NCBI GenBank assembly: GCA_963676265.2
Contig: OY781067.2
Coordinates: forward strand, 2,459,849-2,523,848
Reading direction: 5' to 3'
Length of the DNA stretch: 64,000 nucleotides
Source of the DNA: an uncultured Draconibacterium sp.
Lineage (GTDB): Bacteria > Bacteroidota > Bacteroidia > Bacteroidales > Prolixibacteraceae
Shown here: positions 31,577-41,352 of the stretch, one piece after another
How the letters are laid out: every line of letters starts with the position of its first letter
Numbering within the stretch: the stretch's first letter is position 1
Translations under genes and position numbers: made by a program
The notes under the pieces: generated by a model
Told to the model about the DNA's origin: nothing
The model's input: the letters and a program-made list of their open reading frames with translations, nothing else
Database searches by the model: none

Positions 31577-32740
31577 TTAATGAATAATTGGTGCTTTCGT
31601 AAATTCTTTTTCTCTGTCGAACAAATAGCGCATTGTGCGGTGCGTTAAAGTTTTGCTTGCCCCAATAGATTTAAACAAAGCATTCATCTTTGGATTAAAA
31701 TCTCCCACCCAACTCATTTCCATTGTATTGTACCACGATTTTCGCAGCATTACATTTTTCAGGTGGTAAAAAATACCTGATTCTATTCCTTTTCCCTGAT
31801 AACCGGGAATAACGCCAAGAACTACTACACGACATCGGGTAATTGCCTTACGTTGTTTATAATAAAAAAGCTTGAATCCTTTCCAGATATTTACATTACC
31901 AGACTTTAGCTTTTTTAGAATCTGGTTCAGGTCAAGAATCTGCATAAAAAAAGCTATGGGCCTTCCATTGTGATAAACATACCAGATGAATTCTTCATCG
32001 ATTATGATTTTAGCATTCCTAAGCAACTCTTTTAGCAGCTGAGAATCGATGGGTTTATAATTTCCATGCCCTCCCCAGGCTTTTCTGTGAATTTCGATAA
32101 AATCACTAATAAATTTATCCTGATTTTTAAAAGTAAAATGTTCGAAGGTGTAACCGGGCTTTTGGGCTACCCAGCCGGCAATTTTCCAGAAACGTTCCGG
32201 TAAATCAGGATTTGTAATATCAAGTGAGTAACTGTATTGTTTATAGTAGGTTTTAAAACCATAGGCCTCAAATAAATCACGATAATAAGCCGGGTTATAT
32301 GGCATTCCGAAAGTCTGAGGTTTAAAACCATCGGTAAGAAGTCCCCAGTAAAAAAAATTTTCATCAAAATTAACAGGTCCATCCATGGCTTCCATACCAC
32401 TTTCAAGCAGCCAGTTTTTTGCAGTATCAAATAACAAAACAGCAGCCTCCTTATTATTAATACATTCAAAAAAACCACAACAACCGGTAGGCTGTTCATA
32501 TCCCGATGCATAGTTGGCATCGTAAAAAGCGGCAATTCTTCCAATATATTTACCGTCCTTTTTTAGAATCCAACGCCGGGCATTGCCAATTTCAAAACGT
32601 GGATTTTTCCCGGGGTCAAAAGTATTTTCAATCATTATTCGTAATGTGGGAATATAGTTGGAATCGCCGGAATAAATTTTTTCCGGCACTTTGTGAAATT
32701 CATCTACTGTCTTTTTATCGACAACCTGAATAACCTGCAT
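31577..32740 (-). CDS. Acyltransferase-like protein of unknown function (possibly GNAT-related), paralog 2
   Basis: The start is taken at ATG 32740 (MQVIQVVDKKT). Collinear with the 30361..31533 product along its full length. Confidence 0.6.
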   Translation of the reverse strand: MQVIQVVDKKTVDEFHKVPEKIYSGDSNYIPTLRIMIENTFDPGKNPRFEIGNARRWILKKDGKYIGRIAAFYDANYASGYEQPTGCCGFFECINNKEAAVLLFDTAKNWLLESGMEAMDGPVNFDENFFYWGLLTDGFKPQTFGMPYNPAYYRDLFEAYGFKTYYKQYSYSLDITNPDLPERFWKIAGWVAQKPGYTFEHFTFKNQDKFISDFIEIHRKAWGGHGNYKPIDSQLLKELLRNAKIIIDEEFIWYVYHNGRPIAFFMQILDLNQILKKLKSGNVNIWKGFKLFYYKQRKAITRCRVVVLGVIPGYQGKGIESGIFYHLKNVMLRKSWYNTMEMSWVGDFNPKMNALFKSIGASKTLTHRTMRYLFDREKEFTKAPIIH

Positions 32741-32791
32741 AAACAAAAGGTTTAAAAATTAATTGAAGCCCGAAAATAAAATTTTGACGGG

Positions 32792-32836
32792 AAAAATAAA
32801 AAAGGGATTTGCCCTAAAACCCGACAAATCCCTTTT
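32792..32836 (-). terminator. Intrinsic terminator after the BaxI-like gene
   Basis: AAAAGGGATTTG (32800-32811) / CAAATCCCTTTT (32825-32836), a 12-bp stem. On the minus strand it is followed by TTTTTTATTTTT. Confidence 0.85.
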
Positions 32837-32858
32837 CCAATTCTATTTATTCGATACG

Positions 32859-33629
32859 TTAATCCCTGCTTGCAACTTTAGAGAGTAAACGCAAAATCTC
32901 GATGTACAGCCAGATTAATGTTACCATTAAACCAAAAGCACCATACCATTCCATATATTTTGGGGCACCCGACTCTGAAGCTTTTTCAATAAATGCAAAA
33001 TCGAGTACAAGGTTCAATGCTGCAATGGCAACTATTACAAGGCTGAGACCAATACTCAGATTTGAATTCCCGTAAAGAAAAGTCATATGCATACCAAAAA
33101 GACTACCTATAAATCCAATCAGGTACACAAGTGCCACACCTCCTGTTGCAGCAAAAAGTCCCATGGCAAACTTACGGGTAACTTTAATTACTCCGGAACG
33201 ATAAAGAAACAACATGACCATAAAAACGGCCAGCGTTAACATAACTGCACGCATTACAATTCCTTCGTACTGCGCATTAAACATGGCAGAAATACCACCC
33301 AGAAACAAGCCTTCCAGAATGGCATAAATCGGAGCTGAAATACCGGCACTTTTTGGCCGGAAGGTAGTTATCAGTGCAGTAACTAAACCACCAATTGCCC
33401 CAACCGCCAACCAGGGAGCAACTGTCGACATGGCAAGCTCAGGGTTTGATGACAAGGCATCAAAAAACTTATTCCAGGTGAACACTGCACCTGCAATTAC
33501 CAGTAAAAGCATTAATGCTGTTTTATTTATTGTCCCATTCACAGTCATCACATCCGACTGCGAAGTATAATCGCGGCTAAAGACTCTGTCGTTTAAAACC
33601 GGATTTGAAGATTTTGTAATATTCATCAT
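32859..33629 (-). CDS. Bax inhibitor-1/YccA-like membrane protein
   Basis: ORF 32859..33686 has a TTG first codon; ATG is at 33629. The N-terminal SSNPVL motif followed by about seven TM helices matches the BaxI_1-type family as I recall it. Confidence 0.7.
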   Translation of the reverse strand: MMNITKSSNPVLNDRVFSRDYTSQSDVMTVNGTINKTALMLLLVIAGAVFTWNKFFDALSSNPELAMSTVAPWLAVGAIGGLVTALITTFRPKSAGISAPIYAILEGLFLGGISAMFNAQYEGIVMRAVMLTLAVFMVMLFLYRSGVIKVTRKFAMGLFAATGGVALVYLIGFIGSLFGMHMTFLYGNSNLSIGLSLVIVAIAALNLVLDFAFIEKASESGAPKYMEWYGAFGLMVTLIWLYIEILRLLSKVASRD

Positions 33630-33745
33630 TTCTTTTTTGTTTAACGTTTCGTGCTCAAAGTTGAAATGGCTTTGAACCACGGGCAATAGTTTAACAAATT
33701 ATCTGCCACGAAGTTTTTTCATGACAGCTTTGCAGTTAAATAAAG

Positions 33746-34465
33746 TTAAATGGAATTATCTTCGAAGCGTTCCCTGAAATAAGGGCTTGTTAATTCCCCG
33801 AAAAGTTGTTCTCCCAATTTTATGGCGTTCTCAGAATCGCTCAACTGACATGTTTTCGCCAATTCAACACACTGGTTGTTCAAATATTTCGAACGGGCGC
33901 CCATTGCAATTACTGCACGATAGAGAGGGGTAAAAAGCTTAGTATCTTTTGCCAGTGTTGGTAATTCGTCGAAAAACGGATCAAACATTTCATCAATGGC
34001 TTGCTTGTCAACAATAGCCAGACGCCCCATTAAATGTACTCCGGTGAACCGGACAATGTGTTTTTTTCCACGGCACCACTCAAGGGCTTTTATGAATGCA
34101 AATTTGCTTTTCACCCATAAATTTGTTGAAGCCTGCTCTGCTATTTCGGTATTAACAAAACTCTTTGTCCAAAAATCCATCTGCTCTTCCGAAACCTCAG
34201 AAGGTTCATCCAAAAGGGTTGCCAATATCATGGTTTCACGCCACTGCTTGTTCCAAAGCTTCAGTGCTAAAAGATGGTCTGACTCGTAGTTTTGTGCAAT
34301 TTCACGAAGATCGAGCAGGGAAACTCCCCAGTTTAATTTATACTCAATACCCTGTTGCCCCATGGCCTCCGAAACCTCTCCGCTTTGCCGAAGTTTGATT
34401 ACTTTAAGAATTTTCTGAAATTTATCTTCTGTCTCTTTATTATCAAGTAAAAAGTCCATTATCAA
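33746..34465 (-). CDS. DNA alkylation repair (AlkD-like HEAT-repeat) protein
   Basis: 239 aa, all-helical. LALKLWNKQWRETMILATLL-type repeat resembles the DNA alkylation repair enzyme family. Assignment is by recollection, not by a catalytic motif. Confidence 0.55.
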   Translation of the reverse strand: MIMDFLLDNKETEDKFQKILKVIKLRQSGEVSEAMGQQGIEYKLNWGVSLLDLREIAQNYESDHLLALKLWNKQWRETMILATLLDEPSEVSEEQMDFWTKSFVNTEIAEQASTNLWVKSKFAFIKALEWCRGKKHIVRFTGVHLMGRLAIVDKQAIDEMFDPFFDELPTLAKDTKLFTPLYRAVIAMGARSKYLNNQCVELAKTCQLSDSENAIKLGEQLFGELTSPYFRERFEDNSI

Positions 34466-34561
34466 TAATTATTTCGGTAAAATTAGCATAAATGCATACA
34501 ATATGTTATCAGAAAGAAAAGTTTAAATTTACAGCGAATAATATTTATTTCATTACCAACA

Positions 34562-35881
34562 TTGCTCTTTAAAAATTATATAAACAATATTTCAGGCCTT
34601 CAGTTTTTCCAGCTAATGCGCTTTGGCACATTACTACTAATTAACATTGCTTTTGCCAAAAGCCATTTAACAACTGCAGAAATCGGATCGTACGAAATTT
34701 TTCTCTTTGTTACAGCACTTGTATGTTCGTTTTGGCTCAATAGTTTAATTCAATCATTTTTACCATTATACAAGTCAAACGAAACGTTCAAAGAAAAAAA
34801 CAAAAAGTCGCCGGAAATCTTTAATGCATTTCTACTGATAAGCGTTTTGAGCTTAATTGTGGTTATCATACTTTTTGTATTTAAAGGAACTTTTTCAAAA
34901 ATATTTACACCCAACACGGGCATCCCCTTCTTTGGCCTGATCCTAATTTATATCGTTTTCAACAGCCCGGCTTTTCTAATCGAATATATTTATTTGCTCA
35001 GAGACAGACCAACCCACATTATTTACTATGCTATAATAATATTTTCGCTACAACTGATCGCTGTTGCTTTGCCTCCCATTGCAGGATACCAAATGATTTA
35101 CAGTATTTATGGTTTAGTCGCTGTTTCTGTATTAAAATATGCTTGGCTAATTATTCTACTAAAAAAATACGCTTTGTTTACACCCTCCGCTTCGTTTATG
35201 AAGGAACACATCCGCTACGCCTCGCCTTTAATTGTTAGCACATTAATGGCAAGCTCGGCACATTATGTTGATGACTTTTTGGTATTAAACAAATTTGACT
35301 CAACAACCTTCGCTATTTTTAAGTACGGAGCAAAAGAATTTCCGCTGGTATTGTTAATGGCAAATGCCCTAAGCGCAGCCATGATATCTGAATTTGCCGA
35401 TAAAGAAAAACTAGCTGCTTCTTTAGCCCTGTTAAAAAAGAAATCATTGCGATTGATGCACCTGCTATTTCCAATTTCGATAGCATTTCTGCTTTCGAGC
35501 AAATGGCTGTATCCAAGGGTGTTTAACGAGAACTTCATAGAAAGTGCTTCGGTATTTAATATTTACCTGTTACTGGTAATAAGCCGTTTGGTTTTGCCAC
35601 ACCCAATAATTATCGGGTTAAAAAAGACCAGAATTATTATGTACGCGTCGTTTGCCGAGCTCATTGTAAATGTTTCTCTCAGCCTGATACTTCTTCAATA
35701 CTGGGGCATCGAAGGAATTGCTTTTGCCACAGTTATTGCCTTTGCTTTGCAGAAAATAATCTGGATTGTTTACAACAAGTCGCAACTAAATATTAAGGCA
35801 AAAAGTTATATCCCCATCTTTGAATTAGCAGCTTATTCTGTTATACTGTTATCAACTTTTTATTTTGTAACTACCATTTAA
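34562..35881 (+). CDS. Polysaccharide/oligosaccharide flippase family (MOP/Wzx-like) membrane protein
   Basis: 439 aa, TTG start (the next in-frame ATG is at 34616). About 12 to 14 TM helices and no ATPase motifs. Confidence 0.55.
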   Translation: MLFKNYINNISGLQFFQLMRFGTLLLINIAFAKSHLTTAEIGSYEIFLFVTALVCSFWLNSLIQSFLPLYKSNETFKEKNKKSPEIFNAFLLISVLSLIVVIILFVFKGTFSKIFTPNTGIPFFGLILIYIVFNSPAFLIEYIYLLRDRPTHIIYYAIIIFSLQLIAVALPPIAGYQMIYSIYGLVAVSVLKYAWLIILLKKYALFTPSASFMKEHIRYASPLIVSTLMASSAHYVDDFLVLNKFDSTTFAIFKYGAKEFPLVLLMANALSAAMISEFADKEKLAASLALLKKKSLRLMHLLFPISIAFLLSSKWLYPRVFNENFIESASVFNIYLLLVISRLVLPHPIIIGLKKTRIIMYASFAELIVNVSLSLILLQYWGIEGIAFATVIAFALQKIIWIVYNKSQLNIKAKSYIPIFELAAYSVILLSTFYFVTTI

Positions 35882-35898
35882 ATTGTAATAAAAGACCG

Positions 35899-36855
35899 AT
35901 GATTGATATCAAGACTCTAAAATGTATTAAATGTAATTCGGAAAGTTTACTGGTCGATGAAAAAAACTCAAAAGGAAGCTGCTCGAATTGTAAGCAAACC
36001 TTTTTAATAGAAGAAAACATTCCTCTTATGCTTGTTCCTGATGAAGAATCGGAATTAAAGGAATCGGATATCCATCGTGCACAGGGCTCTAAATTTGATT
36101 ACAAAGAGCACTATAAACAAGATGCTATCGACTTCGATTACTTTCAGGATCGCGATAAGGGAACCATGCACAGTGAGAAAAGGGTTCACGAATTCATTCT
36201 TTCGCATGTACCAAAAAATGCAGGCAGAATACTCGACGTGGGCTGTGGAAAAGCCTGGGTTGCAGAAAACTGTTGTTCAATTGCCAAAGAGGTGGTCTCT
36301 TTAGATATTGCATTTACCAATGTCGATAAAGCCCTAAAAAAATACTCTTTTCCGAATCATTCCGGAATAGTGGCCGATTCACTTAATTTACCTTTTAAAG
36401 AAAATTCGTTTGACATTATTATCGCATCCGAGATTATTGAACATATTGTAATGCCTGCGAAATTCGTTGAAAATATGATAAACATATTAAAACCTGGAGG
36501 CATACTACTGATTACCAGCCCTTATAAAGAAAAACTACAATTTAATCTTTGCATTCATTGCAACAAGCTTACTCCAAAGCATGCACATATACATTCCTTC
36601 GACGAAAATTCTTTTGCCGCAATGCAAAAAGATTCAGGCAATATTCAGTTTTCGTATAAAACATTTGGCAGTAAAGTGTTAATGCATTTAAGAACCCATA
36701 TTTTTCTGAAAATACTGCCATTTAAAATATGGCTTACCATTGATAAGATCGCCAATTTTATATACAAAGCACCGGCAACTATATTTGTCAAATGGGAGAA
36801 AACCAGCTATTCGCAAAAACTAAGTCCGATACACAAAAAAGTTGAACACAGATAA
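35899..36855 (+). CDS. Class I SAM-dependent methyltransferase with N-terminal zinc-ribbon
   Basis: N-terminal CIKCNS...CSNCKQ ribbon (Trm112-like), motif I ILDVGCGKAW, and the post-I acidic residue in VVSLDI. Confidence 0.8.
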   Translation: MIDIKTLKCIKCNSESLLVDEKNSKGSCSNCKQTFLIEENIPLMLVPDEESELKESDIHRAQGSKFDYKEHYKQDAIDFDYFQDRDKGTMHSEKRVHEFILSHVPKNAGRILDVGCGKAWVAENCCSIAKEVVSLDIAFTNVDKALKKYSFPNHSGIVADSLNLPFKENSFDIIIASEIIEHIVMPAKFVENMINILKPGGILLITSPYKEKLQFNLCIHCNKLTPKHAHIHSFDENSFAAMQKDSGNIQFSYKTFGSKVLMHLRTHIFLKILPFKIWLTIDKIANFIYKAPATIFVKWEKTSYSQKLSPIHKKVEHR

Positions 36856-36891
36856 TCTGGTTAAATGATTCGATTCGGAAACATTTTCAGT

Positions 36892-36899
36892 TATATTTG
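36892..36899 (+). promoter_or_regulatory. Candidate -7 box TATATTTG upstream of the AI-2E transporter gene
   Basis: Exact TAnnTTTG match 17 nt upstream of ATG 36916. No clean -33 TTTG found. Confidence 0.3.
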
Positions 36900-36915
36900 T
36901 TAAAAACAACCCAAA

Positions 36916-38040
36916 ATGATACAAATAAAAGGCTGGACACGTAACACTCTTCTTGTAGTTGGATTTATTTTTGTTGCGTTTTTGGTTTGGTATTTCAGTG
37001 CCATTATAACATACATACTCATTTCAGTAGTACTTTCATTCATCGGCAGACCATTGGTACGATGGCTGACAAAAATCAAATACAAAAGATTTAAGATACC
37101 CAAAGGACTTGCTGCGTTTATTACACTCGTTATAATATGGATTGTATTTGTTTCATTCTTTCGTTATATGATCCCACTGCTTTATAGCGAAGTGGAAACT
37201 TTGTCGCAAATTGACTTTACACTGGTGCTCGACTCCATTGAAGAACCGCTTCTGAATCTGATGCAATTTTTCAGCAAGGATCCGGTCGCCATCGAATCAA
37301 AAACCTTTCTTGATATCGTAACTGAAAACCTGGGAGCTCAGATTGATTTCTCACAAGTTTCAAACTGGTTTGGACTGATTGCCGGCACCATTGGAGAATT
37401 GCTAATTGGCTTTTTTTCTGTTTCGTTTATCACCTTTTTCTTCTTGAAAGAAGAAACCATGTTCCGTCAATTCATCATTTTGCTGGTACCAACAAACCTT
37501 GAACAAAAAGTAGCACATATACTCGACTCCATTTCATTCTTATTACGCCGTTATTTTATCGGCTTATTATTTGAGGTTTTTATGGTTATGCTACTCGACA
37601 CTGTTGGGTTGACAATTGTTGGGATTCAATTTGAACACGCCGTGGTTATCGGATTATTCGCCGGTATGTTTAATGTCATCCCCTATTTAGGGCCTTGGAT
37701 GGGTGCGGCGCTTGGACTGTTAATTGGTGCAGCTTTACACATTAATGCCGATTTTATGGCTGTAACGCTTCCAATTCTCGGCTGGATGACGCTGGTATTT
37801 ATTTCTGTACAGGTTATCGACAATGTTTTGTTTCAGCCTCTTATTTATTCAAGCAGTGTGAAAGCTCATCCGCTGGAAATCTTCCTGGTAATTATGGCAG
37901 CCGGAAGTATGGCCGGAATAATTGGAATGATACTGGCAATTCCGGTATACACAATTTTAAGGGTTATTGCCACAGAATTTTTTGAAAACATGAAGCTGGT
38001 GAAAAAGATCACAGAAAATATGGAAAAAAAGGAAACTTAA
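36916..38040 (+). CDS. AI-2E family transporter (PerM-like permease)
   Basis: 374 aa, about 8 TM. IPYLGPW motif region typical of the AI-2E/UPF0118 family. Confidence 0.8.
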   Translation: MIQIKGWTRNTLLVVGFIFVAFLVWYFSAIITYILISVVLSFIGRPLVRWLTKIKYKRFKIPKGLAAFITLVIIWIVFVSFFRYMIPLLYSEVETLSQIDFTLVLDSIEEPLLNLMQFFSKDPVAIESKTFLDIVTENLGAQIDFSQVSNWFGLIAGTIGELLIGFFSVSFITFFFLKEETMFRQFIILLVPTNLEQKVAHILDSISFLLRRYFIGLLFEVFMVMLLDTVGLTIVGIQFEHAVVIGLFAGMFNVIPYLGPWMGAALGLLIGAALHINADFMAVTLPILGWMTLVFISVQVIDNVLFQPLIYSSSVKAHPLEIFLVIMAAGSMAGIIGMILAIPVYTILRVIATEFFENMKLVKKITENMEKKET

Positions 38041-38196
38041 TTACCTTTCCACTTCATGATCTTAATTCAAAGTGTACCAACAGTTCTAAAAGACATTGCT
38101 GTTCTAAAGCACTTTTTATAATAAATGTACAATTATGTATTGGTGATCATTTTTTAATCAATTAAATTGCCCGTGTTAAAATTTAAAACTTCAAAC

Positions 38197-38799
38197 ATGT
38201 TTTTAAATTCAATTCTTCCTGACTGGTCACAGATAGGACTTTTCGAACAAGCTTACTGGATTGTTGCCATTCCCGGAACAATAATTTTCCTGATATTATT
38301 GGTCCTGACTATTTTTGGAGGAGATATGGACAACGACGTCGATGTTGATACCGACATTGACGCAGAAATTGACAGTGGAGATACAATTCCGTTTCAGTTT
38401 ATATCATTAAAAAACATTGTTGCTTTTTTTACTGTCTTTGGATGGTCAGGCATTGGATTTATTAATGTCGGACTTGCCCCGTGGCTTGTAATTTTGTTAT
38501 CCATTCTGTGTGGACTTTTGATGATGTTTTTAATGGCTGCGCTATTTTACTTTATGTCTCAACTGGCTGAGAGCGGTACGTTGAAAATGAAAAATGCCAT
38601 TGGAAAACTGGGCGAAGTTTATCTGATCATTCCTGCTAATAGAGGCGGGATGGGAAAAGTTCAGTTGAATGTGCAGGGTTCAATGCGAACTCTCGACGCA
38701 ATTACTGATGATCTATCCGACATTCCAACATCATCCATTATAAAAGTAACCGATGTAATAGATGAACACATTCTTCTTGTAAAAAGACAAGGAAACTAA
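38197..38799 (+). CDS. NfeD/YqiJ-like membrane protein partner of flotillin
   Basis: ORF 38167..38799 has a TTG first codon; ATG is at 38197. TM helices, an acidic DVDVDTDIDAEID loop and a C-terminal soluble beta-rich segment. Sits immediately upstream of an SPFH/flotillin gene, as in the yqiJ-yqiK and yuaF-floT pairs. Confidence 0.5.
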   Translation: MFLNSILPDWSQIGLFEQAYWIVAIPGTIIFLILLVLTIFGGDMDNDVDVDTDIDAEIDSGDTIPFQFISLKNIVAFFTVFGWSGIGFINVGLAPWLVILLSILCGLLMMFLMAALFYFMSQLAESGTLKMKNAIGKLGEVYLIIPANRGGMGKVQLNVQGSMRTLDAITDDLSDIPTSSIIKVTDVIDEHILLVKRQGN

Positions 38800-38833
38800 T
38801 TTTTAAACAATTACCCTTAAAATCTGTAATCAC

Positions 38834-40282
38834 ATGAACGATTATTTTGTTATTCTAATCAGTGTAGGCGCACTGTTTCTATTTATTATTATTGTAGCAA
38901 TGATGCGACGTTACAAACGTTGTCCATCTGACAGAATTCTGGTAGTCTATGGGAAAGTTGGCCGCGGAGCAGACAAGGAAACCCGCTCGGCAAAGTGTAT
39001 TCACGGAGGGGCAGCATTTATATGGCCCATTATACAATCGTATTCTTTCCTCGACCTGACTCCAATCTCCATTGAAATTAATCTTACCAATGCACTTAGT
39101 AAGCAGAATATTCGTGTTGATGTCCCTTCGCGGTTTACAGTCGGGATTTCAACCGAACCCAATATTATGAATAACGCAGCTGAACGTTTGCTTGGTTTGT
39201 CGCAGGAATCAGTTAGCAACCTGGCAAAAGACATCATCTTTGGTCAGTTGCGCCTGGTTGTTGCAACCATGGAAATTGAAGAAATCAACAGCAACCGCGA
39301 TCTGTTTCTGGCAGCAGTTTCATCAAACGTAGAGGCAGAACTCAAAAAAATCGGGTTAAAGCTAATAAACGTGAATGTAACCGACATTAACGACGAATCA
39401 GGTTATATTGAAGCATTAGGAAAAGAAGCCGCTGCAAAAGCCATCAACGATGCCAAAAAGAGTGTTGCAGAAAAGAACCGCGACGGAGAAATCGGTCAAG
39501 CCAAAGCCCACCAGGAGCAAAGGGTACAGGTAGCCGGTGCCGACGCCAAAGCTGTTGAAGGGGAAAACGTTGCAAAGGTTACAATTGCAAACTCAGATGC
39601 TGACCGTAGAGAAAAAGAAGCAGAAGCCACACGAAGAGCTGTAGCCGCAGAAAAGGTTACAGAAGCCCGGGCATTGGAAGAAGCATATGCCGCAGAAAAG
39701 CTGGCTGAACAAGTTCGTGCCGAAAGAGATAAGGCTACTCAAGTTGCCAACATTGTGGTACCTGCTGAAATTGACAAACAAAAAGTTGAGATTGATGCAG
39801 AAGCAATCGCTGAACAAAAACGCCGTATTGCCAAAGGTGAAGCAGATGCTATCTTCTTGAAGATGGAAGCAGAAGGAAAAGGTATTTACGAAATTCTGAG
39901 CAAACAGGCTGATGGTTTCGATCAACTGGTAAAAGCTGCGGGCAACGATGCCCAAAAAGCTGTGCTTATGATGATTGCCGACAAACTACCGGAGTTGGTT
40001 GCAACGCAGGTTGAAGCGATTAAAAATATCAAAATCGATAAAGTCACTGTATGGGAAACCGGCAATGGCAAAGATGGCAAAACATCTACAGCTAATTTTA
40101 TGCAAGGCATGCTTGGATCAATTCCTCCGCTTGATGACATTTTTAAATCGGCTGGGATGGAACTTCCGAACTATTTAAAAGGCAAGAAAAAAGAGGAAGA
40201 ATCTGATACTGAAAATGCTGAAAAAAAGTTAGACGATAACGACTTTTTTGACGGATCAGAAGTAATCGACCCCGAAAAATAA
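38834..40282 (+). CDS. Flotillin-like SPFH domain protein
   Basis: 482 aa. N-terminal TM, SPFH domain, then a long A/E/K-rich coiled-coil (flotillin repeats). Confidence 0.85.
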   Translation: MNDYFVILISVGALFLFIIIVAMMRRYKRCPSDRILVVYGKVGRGADKETRSAKCIHGGAAFIWPIIQSYSFLDLTPISIEINLTNALSKQNIRVDVPSRFTVGISTEPNIMNNAAERLLGLSQESVSNLAKDIIFGQLRLVVATMEIEEINSNRDLFLAAVSSNVEAELKKIGLKLINVNVTDINDESGYIEALGKEAAAKAINDAKKSVAEKNRDGEIGQAKAHQEQRVQVAGADAKAVEGENVAKVTIANSDADRREKEAEATRRAVAAEKVTEARALEEAYAAEKLAEQVRAERDKATQVANIVVPAEIDKQKVEIDAEAIAEQKRRIAKGEADAIFLKMEAEGKGIYEILSKQADGFDQLVKAAGNDAQKAVLMMIADKLPELVATQVEAIKNIKIDKVTVWETGNGKDGKTSTANFMQGMLGSIPPLDDIFKSAGMELPNYLKGKKKEEESDTENAEKKLDDNDFFDGSEVIDPEK

Positions 40283-40310
40283 AGTTTCGTATAAGAAATA
40301 CAACAGTTCA

Positions 40311-40339
40311 CCGGTTTTCTTTGGAGAACCGGTTTTTTT
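40311..40339 (+). terminator. Intrinsic terminator after the flotillin gene
   Basis: CCGGTTTTC / GAGAACCGG (9 bp with one G-U, 4-nt loop) followed by T7. Confidence 0.8.
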
Positions 40340-40416
40340 ATTTTTTTCTTTAAATAAAAATCAAAACCAAACCTGTAATTTGCACAAGTTAATTCATACT
40401 ATTCAATAAAATCGAC

Positions 40417-41340
40417 ATGGAATTATTCGAAGCACGTAATGTAAACAAAGTTTTTGCCACAACGCAGGCATTAAGTAATGTGAGCATTTCGGTTAAAGAA
40501 CAAACTATTTTTGGACTTTTAGGTCCGAACGGAGCTGGTAAAACCACGTTAATCAGGATTATTAACCAGATAACGGCGCCCGACAGCGGAGAAATTTTTC
40601 TCGCTGGCAAAAAAATGACCAGAGCAGATATTTCACAAATCGGATACTTACCTGAAGAACGTGGTCTCTACAAAAAAATGAAAATTGGCGAGCAAGCTAT
40701 CTACCTGGCGCAATTAAAAGGGATGCCATACAACGAGGCTAAACGTAACCTTAAGCACTGGTTCAATAAATTCGACATTATGCCCTGGTGGAACAAAAAA
40801 GTGGAAGAACTTTCGAAAGGCATGCAGCAAAAAGTTCAGTTTATAACCACCGTTGTGCACAAACCTAAACTCCTCATCTTCGATGAACCTTTCAGTGGCT
40901 TCGATCCAATTAATGCCAACCTTCTGAAAAAAGAAATTTTGCAACTCAGAGATGAAGGTGCAACCATTATCTTCTCTACTCACAACATGGGGTCGGTTGA
41001 AGAATTGTGCGACAATATTGCTCTCATTAATAAATCGGTAAAAATTGAAGACGGCCCAACCGATGCCATCCGCGAGAAATACAAATCAAATACCTTCGAT
41101 GTGCGTTACCGGGGAGAGTTTAAAAAAATAGATCTGGCGCTTGGTACCGACTATCACATTATCGAACACTCTGAATCGGAGAAAGAGAACACGTTGAAAG
41201 TTCAGTACCTAAACGGAAACTCAAATAATGATCTCATCAGAAAACTAATTCCTGCTGCAGAAATTATTGCGTTTGAGGAGATTATTCCAAGCATGAACGA
41301 TGTATTCATTAAAGCTGTAGAAGAGTCGAACAAAAACTAA
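40417..41340 (+). CDS. ABC transporter ATP-binding protein (ABC-2/NatA-like)
   Basis: Walker A GPNGAGKTT, signature LSKGMQQK, Walker B LLIFDEPFSGFD, H-loop STHNM. Confidence 0.93.
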   Translation: MELFEARNVNKVFATTQALSNVSISVKEQTIFGLLGPNGAGKTTLIRIINQITAPDSGEIFLAGKKMTRADISQIGYLPEERGLYKKMKIGEQAIYLAQLKGMPYNEAKRNLKHWFNKFDIMPWWNKKVEELSKGMQQKVQFITTVVHKPKLLIFDEPFSGFDPINANLLKKEILQLRDEGATIIFSTHNMGSVEELCDNIALINKSVKIEDGPTDAIREKYKSNTFDVRYRGEFKKIDLALGTDYHIIEHSESEKENTLKVQYLNGNSNNDLIRKLIPAAEIIAFEEIIPSMNDVFIKAVEESNKN

Positions 41341-41352
41341 ACACAACGAAAA

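Noticed and set aside
38197-40282. NfeD-like plus flotillin pair as a novel system
   Set aside because: This is the well-known SPFH/NfeD membrane-microdomain operon arrangement (yqiJK and yuaF-floT types). Nothing is unusual in the sequence.
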